Source of the DNA: an uncultured Candidatus Melainabacteria bacterium
GTDB lineage: Bacteria > Cyanobacteriota > Vampirovibrionia > Gastranaerophilales > Gastranaerophilaceae
Length of the DNA stretch: 64,000 bases
Assembly: GCA_934726055.1 (NCBI GenBank)
Contig: CAKVCZ010000003.1
Location: 41,324-105,323, forward strand
Direction: 5' to 3'
Shown: positions 58,603 to 64,000 of the stretch, piece by piece
Position numbering within the stretch: position 1 is the stretch's first letter
Layout: the number at the start of each line of letters is the position of its first letter
The notes under the pieces: model-generated
What the model saw: only the letters and a program-made list of their open reading frames with translations
What the model was told of the DNA's origin: nothing
Databases searched by the model: none
Position numbers and translations under genes: made by a program

Positions 58603-60060
58603 ATGAAATTAGAAGAATTAATTGCAAATATTGACTGTGAAAGAGTAAATTTTAAAAATGTAGATGTAACAGGTCTTTCTTATAATTCAAAAACGACTAA
58701 AAAAGGTGATATATTTATTTGTTTGGTGGGTGAATATACTGACGGGCATAAGTATATTCAATCAGCACAAGAAAATGGAGCGGTTGCTCTATTCACAGAA
58801 AGACAAGTAGATTCTGATTTGCCACAAATTATTGTAAAATCTACTAGACATCAAATTGCTGACATAGCTGATAAATTCTATAACTCTCCGTCAAAAGAAT
58901 TGAATTTAATAGGGGTTACAGGAACTAACGGCAAGACAACAGTTACTCACCTAATTCAAAAAATATTCGAAAGTGTTAATCAAAAATGTGCATTGATAGG
59001 AACTTTAGGTTATAAGTTATCATCAGAAGACACTTATAAAGAAGCAAAGCATACGACTCCTCAAGCACCTGAATTGCAAAGAGTTTTAAGACAAATTAAA
59101 ACGGAAAATAAAATTGATAATGTTGCAATGGAAGTAAGTTCGCATTCATTGGAACAACGCAGAGTCGGAAATTGTGATTTTAAAGGTGCTGTAATTACAA
59201 ATTTGACACAAGATCATCTAGATTATCATATTACAATGGATAATTATTTTGATGCAAAAGCTATACTTTTTAAAAATTTAAAAGAAGGAAACTTTGCTGT
59301 ATTAAATGCAGATGATGCTTATGCAGAAAGATTTAAAAATGTTGTTCCTAAAGGAGTAAGGGTTTTAACTTACGGTATAAAAAATCAAGCTGATGTAATG
59401 GCAAAAGATATTAAATTTACGGGTGATGGTGCACAATTTATATTAAAAACAAAAGATGAAGAATTTGCAGTATCACTTCACATGAATGGTGTTTTCAGTG
59501 TTTATAACGTACTTGCGGCACTTACAACTGCAAAATCTCAAGGTTTTGATATAAAAATGGCGGCAAAGGCATTGGAAAATGTTAAAGGTGTTGCAGGAAG
59601 ATTTGAAATTGTACACAAAAATCCGATAGTCATTGTCGATTATGCTCATACTCCTGATGGATTGGAAAATGTTTTAAAAGCGGGCAGAGAAATTACACAA
59701 AAAGGTGCAAATTTAATTTGTTTATTTGGTTGTGGTGGAGATAGAGATGCAACAAAACGACCAAAGATGGGAGAAATAGCTGAAAAATTGGCTGACAAAA
59801 TAGTTGTAACAAGTGATAATCCACGAAGTGAAAATCCAGAACAAATAATTTTTGATATAATGGCAGGAATTAAATCTGTTGATACGGATAAAGTTATTGT
59901 TGAAAGCGATAGAGGAAAAGCAATAGAACTTTTGAAAAATATTTCAAATGAACGTGATGTTATAATTATTGCCGGTAAAGGTCATGAAGATTATCAAATT
60001 TTAAAAGATAAAACTATTCATTTTGATGATAGAGAACAGGCAAAAAAGGTTTTTGGCTAA
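58603..60060 (+). CDS. murE: UDP-N-acetylmuramoyl-L-alanyl-D-glutamate--2,6-diaminopimelate ligase
   Basis: GVTGTNGKTT P-loop and a DNPR motif (TSDNPRSENP), which is associated with meso-DAP specificity. Confidence 0.9.
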   Translation: MKLEELIANIDCERVNFKNVDVTGLSYNSKTTKKGDIFICLVGEYTDGHKYIQSAQENGAVALFTERQVDSDLPQIIVKSTRHQIADIADKFYNSPSKELNLIGVTGTNGKTTVTHLIQKIFESVNQKCALIGTLGYKLSSEDTYKEAKHTTPQAPELQRVLRQIKTENKIDNVAMEVSSHSLEQRRVGNCDFKGAVITNLTQDHLDYHITMDNYFDAKAILFKNLKEGNFAVLNADDAYAERFKNVVPKGVRVLTYGIKNQADVMAKDIKFTGDGAQFILKTKDEEFAVSLHMNGVFSVYNVLAALTTAKSQGFDIKMAAKALENVKGVAGRFEIVHKNPIVIVDYAHTPDGLENVLKAGREITQKGANLICLFGCGGDRDATKRPKMGEIAEKLADKIVVTSDNPRSENPEQIIFDIMAGIKSVDTDKVIVESDRGKAIELLKNISNERDVIIIAGKGHEDYQILKDKTIHFDDREQAKKVFG

Positions 60061-61020
60061 ATGCTTGATAATGGTATTATAAAATCTAAATTATTGATAG
60101 AACAGCATTTTCATGGTGCGTATGGTGTAGATTTTGCCAAATGTAGTGTTGAAGAAGTGTTAGAGTTGTCTAAAAAACTTATTGCAAATGGAATTGGCGG
60201 ATTTTTTCCAACTCTCGCAACGGATAGTATTGAAAATATAAAAAAACAAATACAAGTTTTTAAAAAAGCAAAAGAAAAGCAAACTTCAGAAATGGCATGT
60301 CTTTTAGGTATTCATCTCGAAGGTATTTTTTTAAATCCTTTAAAAAAGGGAATTCATGATGAAAATCAGTTTTTAGAATTAACTGTTAAAAATTTTCAAA
60401 AAATTGAAGATGATTTTATAAAAATAGTAACGCTTGCACCAGAGTTAGATAAAAATTTAAAATTTACAAAATATTTGAAAGAAAAAGGAATAAAAGTCCA
60501 AGCAGGGCACTGTGTAGGTTCGGATTTAACTTTATGTGATGGGGTTACACATCTTTTTAATGCGATGAGTCCGATTACTCATAGAGATGGTTCAACTTCA
60601 CTTTCTGCTCTTGTTAGTGATAATTTATATACTGAAATTATTGCTGATGGTGTTCATTTAAGTGATGATATTATAAATTTAGTTTTAAAATCAAAACCTA
60701 AAGATAAAGTTATATTAGTTTCGGATTGTTTACCAATAACTAATAGTAGTACTTCAGAGATGGATTTTTGTAATAAAAAAGTTTATTATGATGGTAAAAA
60801 AGCTACTGATAAAAATGGTGTAATTGCCGGTAGTACAACAATGTTGGATAAAATTGTAAAAAGATTAATGCAAAAAAAGATTAATGCAATTGAATTAATT
60901 GAAAATACCTATAAATATCATGATATAGAGTTAAATGGATATATTTGGTGGGATGAAAAATTTGATATAGTTGCAGTGGAAAAAGACGGGAATGTAATTT
61001 GTAGAAAAGGGAAAATTTAA
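60061..61020 (+). CDS. nagA: N-acetylglucosamine-6-phosphate deacetylase-family amidohydrolase (short N-terminus)
   Basis: HFHGAYGVDF, GIHLEGIFLNPLKKGIH, TLAPE, QAGHC, THLFNAMS, IADGVH and LVSDC blocks follow the NagA order. At 319 aa it is shorter than typical NagA at the N-terminus. Confidence 0.7.
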   Translation: MLDNGIIKSKLLIEQHFHGAYGVDFAKCSVEEVLELSKKLIANGIGGFFPTLATDSIENIKKQIQVFKKAKEKQTSEMACLLGIHLEGIFLNPLKKGIHDENQFLELTVKNFQKIEDDFIKIVTLAPELDKNLKFTKYLKEKGIKVQAGHCVGSDLTLCDGVTHLFNAMSPITHRDGSTSLSALVSDNLYTEIIADGVHLSDDIINLVLKSKPKDKVILVSDCLPITNSSTSEMDFCNKKVYYDGKKATDKNGVIAGSTTMLDKIVKRLMQKKINAIELIENTYKYHDIELNGYIWWDEKFDIVAVEKDGNVICRKGKI

Positions 61021-61021
61021 A

Positions 61022-61285
61022 ATGACAAACAATAATGAAAATATTTCAAATAGAATTAGTGCTGCGGTCAATGTTAATGCGACAAAAAATCATTCCGGCA
61101 TTGTTCCTCCTCAACTGAAAAAGGTTTATTATTGTATGTTTTTTTCAATAATGATAGTTTCTTTTTCTTTAATATATTGGCTATGCAACTATACAGCAAT
61201 TAGAGAAACTTTTCAAATTATATTAATGGCAGGGTTTTCGGTTTTTCTAGCAGAGTATGTATCAAGAAGATATTTGAAATTTTAG
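61022..61285 (+). CDS. hypothetical small membrane protein
   Basis: Two predicted TM helices. Starts 1 nt after the nagA-like stop. Confidence 0.45.
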   Translation: MTNNNENISNRISAAVNVNATKNHSGIVPPQLKKVYYCMFFSIMIVSFSLIYWLCNYTAIRETFQIILMAGFSVFLAEYVSRRYLKF

Positions 61286-61382
61286 ATATAATTTTCTTTG
61301 TTGTTATAAAAATGATATATTTCCGGAAAATGTTCCCATTTAGCTGAAAATTGGAAATGGGGTAGTTGTGAGTAAAAAGCTT

Positions 61383-61418
61383 AAAAAAGCGGGCATATTA
61401 ATTGATATGCCCGCTTTT
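61383..61418. terminator. bidirectional rho-independent terminator
   Basis: gcgggcatat (61389-61398) / atatgcccgc (61405-61414) with a 6-nt loop. A6 on the 5' side and T4 on the 3' side. Confidence 0.8.
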
Positions 61419-61439
61419 ATATTATGTAAACTTTCAAAA

Positions 61440-61727
61440 TTATTTGTTTAGAGCATCTTTTAGAGCTTTTTCAAGTACTTCAATTTTTGATTCCAAAACC
61501 TTGACTTTTGAATCACTTTCATCTGATGATATAGAATTCTTTTCCAGTTCTCGTTTGTAGCTTTTTAATTTTCTTGAAACATCCAATACATAAGATAAAA
61601 CAAACAAAATACCTGTTATAAAGCTTGAACAAGCTAGAATTGCAGATCCATAATCATGTAATCTCCAACAAAAATAAGCTATTGTGCATAAAAATAATAC
61701 TGAAACTAATCTTAAAAATATAATCAT
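61440..61727 (-). CDS. hypothetical membrane protein with C-terminal coiled coil
   Basis: Two hydrophobic helices followed by KVKVLESKIEVLEKALKDAL. Overlaps the rluD stop by 4 nt. Confidence 0.5.
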   Translation of the reverse strand: MIIFLRLVSVLFLCTIAYFCWRLHDYGSAILACSSFITGILFVLSYVLDVSRKLKSYKRELEKNSISSDESDSKVKVLESKIEVLEKALKDALNK

Positions 61728-62632
61728 TTTTGACTCCTTAAATATTTTAGTACTTTTTCAATTTTTTCGTCAGGTTCGATTTCCAGTTTTATTATCTCAT
61801 CAGAATTAGGTTTTGTAAACTCTAATTTGTATGCTTGTAAAACTTGTTCTTGAGTTTTAACTTTTTCCGGTCTTGCACCATACAGCGTATCATTAAAAAT
61901 AGGAGTTCTAAAATAGCTCAAATGTACTCGTATTTGGTGAGTTCTACCTGTTTTGAGATTCAATTCCAGATAGGTCGCGTTTTTGAACCTTTCAAGAACT
62001 TTATATTCTGTTATACTTGGTTTTCCTCCTTCTACGACAGCCATTTTGTGTGGTTGAGTTGGATGTCTGCCAATTGGAAGATTAATAACTCCGCTTTCAT
62101 CCTTAACAGAACCTTTGACAATTGCTAAATATTTTTTTATTGCCGTTTTATTTTTAATTTGTTCTGCTAAAAATTCATGAGTTTGATTATTTTTTGCAAC
62201 CATTAGAAGTCCTGATGTGTTTCTGTCTAATCTGTGCAAAATTCCACGTCTGAATTCTCCGTTTATATCTGACAAATTATTTCCATATTTGTATAATAAT
62301 GCATTTACAAGTGTGTTCTCGCGTTCTATTGTGGTTGGATGAGTAAGCATTCCTGAAGGTTTATTTACAACGAGCATGTTTTCATCTTCATAGATAATGT
62401 CAAGAGGTATATTTTGTGCAGGTATTTCAACTTCATTTGTTTCTTGGGGGTCAAATTCAATAAAATCACCTTCATGAAGTTTATGCGAAGGTTTTTTAAC
62501 TTCTCCGTTAATAAGAACTTTTCCATTTTTTATAGCACTTTGAATTTTAGATCTTGATATATCGTTAATCAGATTTGCAAGATATGCATCAAGTCTAATA
62601 TTTTCATCATTTTCATCTATTAAAAATTTCAT
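61724..62632 (-). CDS. rluD: RluA/RluD-family 23S rRNA pseudouridine synthase
   Basis: N-terminal S4-like domain (RLDAYLANL...SRSKIQSAIKNGKVLINGE), catalytic HRLDRNTSGLLMVAKN and GRTHQIRVH. Confidence 0.9.
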   Translation of the reverse strand: MKFLIDENDENIRLDAYLANLINDISRSKIQSAIKNGKVLINGEVKKPSHKLHEGDFIEFDPQETNEVEIPAQNIPLDIIYEDENMLVVNKPSGMLTHPTTIERENTLVNALLYKYGNNLSDINGEFRRGILHRLDRNTSGLLMVAKNNQTHEFLAEQIKNKTAIKKYLAIVKGSVKDESGVINLPIGRHPTQPHKMAVVEGGKPSITEYKVLERFKNATYLELNLKTGRTHQIRVHLSYFRTPIFNDTLYGARPEKVKTQEQVLQAYKLEFTKPNSDEIIKLEIEPDEKIEKVLKYLRSQK

Positions 62633-63120
62633 AACTGACTTAATTGTGCTTTCTTTAACAATGAAATAATTACAACAAGAATACCAATATTTATGGCAAT
62701 ATCAGATAAATTAAACACAGGGAAATTGATAAACTTTAAATCAAAATAATCAACTACATATCCAAATTGAATTCTTTGAAGTAAATTACAAAAAATTCCT
62801 GACATAATCATATCAAGCCAAAAAATTCCATAAAAAGACATTGTGTTTGCATGTTTTATCACAAAAGCAAATAAAGCAACGAGAATTGTTACAGAAATTG
62901 CTATTATAGCAAACGGATACTGGCTTAAAATGCTAAAAGCTGCTCCGCTGTTTTTTATATATGTCAATTTTAATACAGGGTTTTCAAAAAGCAGTCCGCT
63001 ATCGTAATTTTCAATAATAAAATCCGAAAGATATATGTTTGCAAAAACAAAAACTGCAAAAGTTAAAAACAAATATGCTATTTTACTAGAATAGCTTTGA
63101 GACTGTTTTTTTCGTGTCAT
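62629..63120 (-). CDS. lspA: lipoprotein signal peptidase (signal peptidase II)
   Basis: Four TM helices and NSGAAFS / VVDYFD / FNLSDIAI blocks. 4-nt overlap with the rluD start. Confidence 0.88.
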   Translation of the reverse strand: MTRKKQSQSYSSKIAYLFLTFAVFVFANIYLSDFIIENYDSGLLFENPVLKLTYIKNSGAAFSILSQYPFAIIAISVTILVALFAFVIKHANTMSFYGIFWLDMIMSGIFCNLLQRIQFGYVVDYFDLKFINFPVFNLSDIAINIGILVVIISLLKKAQLSQL

Positions 63121-64000
63121 TTTGCTTTACCTTTGAAAAATCTTTTGTCGGAATAATATTTGTTCTTGTAATTACATATCCTAAACCGGTTACCATAAGT
63201 TTAATTTCATTGTTTTTTGCAACATTAGCTCTTGTAATTCCAACAGAGGCTACTGTGTATTCATTAAAGTTGTTTTTATTAGCTTTAAAAACCCTTTCTA
63301 ACATGCCGTCTTTAGGAAGTTTTCTAAATACTTCTTCTGCATTAATTTGTGGATATGTAATTTTTTCTTGACCGATTGATGCAATTGCAATCATTCCCGG
63401 TTTATTTAATTTTATACTTAGTGTTGCTGTATATTCTTTTCCGGCGTTTACGATTTGTGGAACAATTAAATCCATTTGTATTTGATTAGCTTCACCATAA
63501 GTCAAAACAGTTTTTTCATTTGTAATGCTATCAGAAGTGATTAACCATTTGTTACCAACTTTTTCAAGATAATATATACAATTTGATTCGCTGCTTAATG
63601 AGCCGTTAACATCATTTTCATTAACTTTTTCTTTTGCTGTTGCCTTTGCGTATTCAGTAACATATACAATAGCAGTATTTCCAACAATGTCTATTTTTTG
63701 GATAACAGTTTTGTATTTGATATCAGGATACATTTTCCATGTTTTGTCGATTAAATCACTGTAAATCGTTTTATCAAAACCGTCTGCGTTGTAATAATTA
63801 TCAGAATATAGAGAAAGTAATCCTTCTTTATCGTATTTTTTAGTATATTCCGATTGCATTTTGATAGTATTTCTAATTTCACTGTCAAGAACTCTCAAAT
63901 GTTGTGTAGGTTGTTTTACAACAGTCTTAAAAGAGTTATTTCTATGTGCTGCAAAAGCAGTAGGTGTAAGCATTATAGCTATTAAAATTGTTAAAATAAG
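63086..64000 (-). CDS. hypothetical secreted protein, 5' end outside the window
   Basis: The reading frame stays open upstream of the ORF-track Met to the window edge (...LILTILIAIMLTPTAFA/AHRN). That stretch reads as the hydrophobic core and cleavage site of a signal peptide, so the true start lies beyond 64000. Confidence 0.6.
   Translation of the reverse strand, partial: LILTILIAIMLTPTAFAAHRNNSFKTVVKQPTQHLRVLDSEIRNTIKMQSEYTKKYDKEGLLSLYSDNYYNADGFDKTIYSDLIDKTWKMYPDIKYKTVIQKIDIVGNTAIVYVTEYAKATAKEKVNENDVNGSLSSESNCIYYLEKVGNKWLITSDSITNEKTVLTYGEANQIQMDLIVPQIVNAGKEYTATLSIKLNKPGMIAIASIGQEKITYPQINAEEVFRKLPKDGMLERVFKANKNNFNEYTVASVGITRANVAKNNEIKLMVTGLGYVITRTNIIPTKDFSKVKQNDTKKTVSKLF

Overview
This is a visibly AT-rich, densely packed bacterial chromosomal window. 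I call about 50 protein genes and one tRNA (tRNA-Cys). I found no rRNA, CRISPR array, transposase or integrase. Housekeeping content includes an rpoB-rpoC1-rpoC2 operon, ftsH, and a partial dcw cluster (rsmH-ftsL-ftsI-murE). It also includes lspA-rluD, pyruvate:ferredoxin oxidoreductase, rubrerythrin, a class II (B12) ribonucleotide reductase, cobO, a membrane pyrophosphatase, an Opp/Dpp-type ABC importer and envelope sugar-modification genes. The beta-prime subunit is split into two genes, which is the cyanobacterial/plastid arrangement. Combined with strictly anaerobic markers and several prepilin-type proteins, this suggests a non-photosynthetic cyanobacterial sister lineage (Melainabacteria/Vampirovibrionia-like). 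That assignment is an inference. The most unusual locus is 8889-15169, which holds three tandem paralogous genes. Each fuses a type IV prepilin-like N-terminus to a long array of YadA-head-like G/Y-rich repeats and a C-terminal phage tail-fibre-type S74 self-cleaving chaperone domain plus a coiled coil. Other candidates are listed below.
- Two paralogous HNH-motif proteins lie beside tRNA-Cys.
- A three-gene cluster of unknown function contains a Cys-motif protein and two tandem paralogues.
- An orphan corrinoid Fe-S protein pair (acsC/acsD-like) is translationally overlapped with ftsH.
- A 523-aa protein carries a calpain-like Cys/His signature.
- A duplicated 109-bp intergenic repeat lies downstream of nrdJ.
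All product calls rest on motifs read directly from the supplied translations. No database search was possible.
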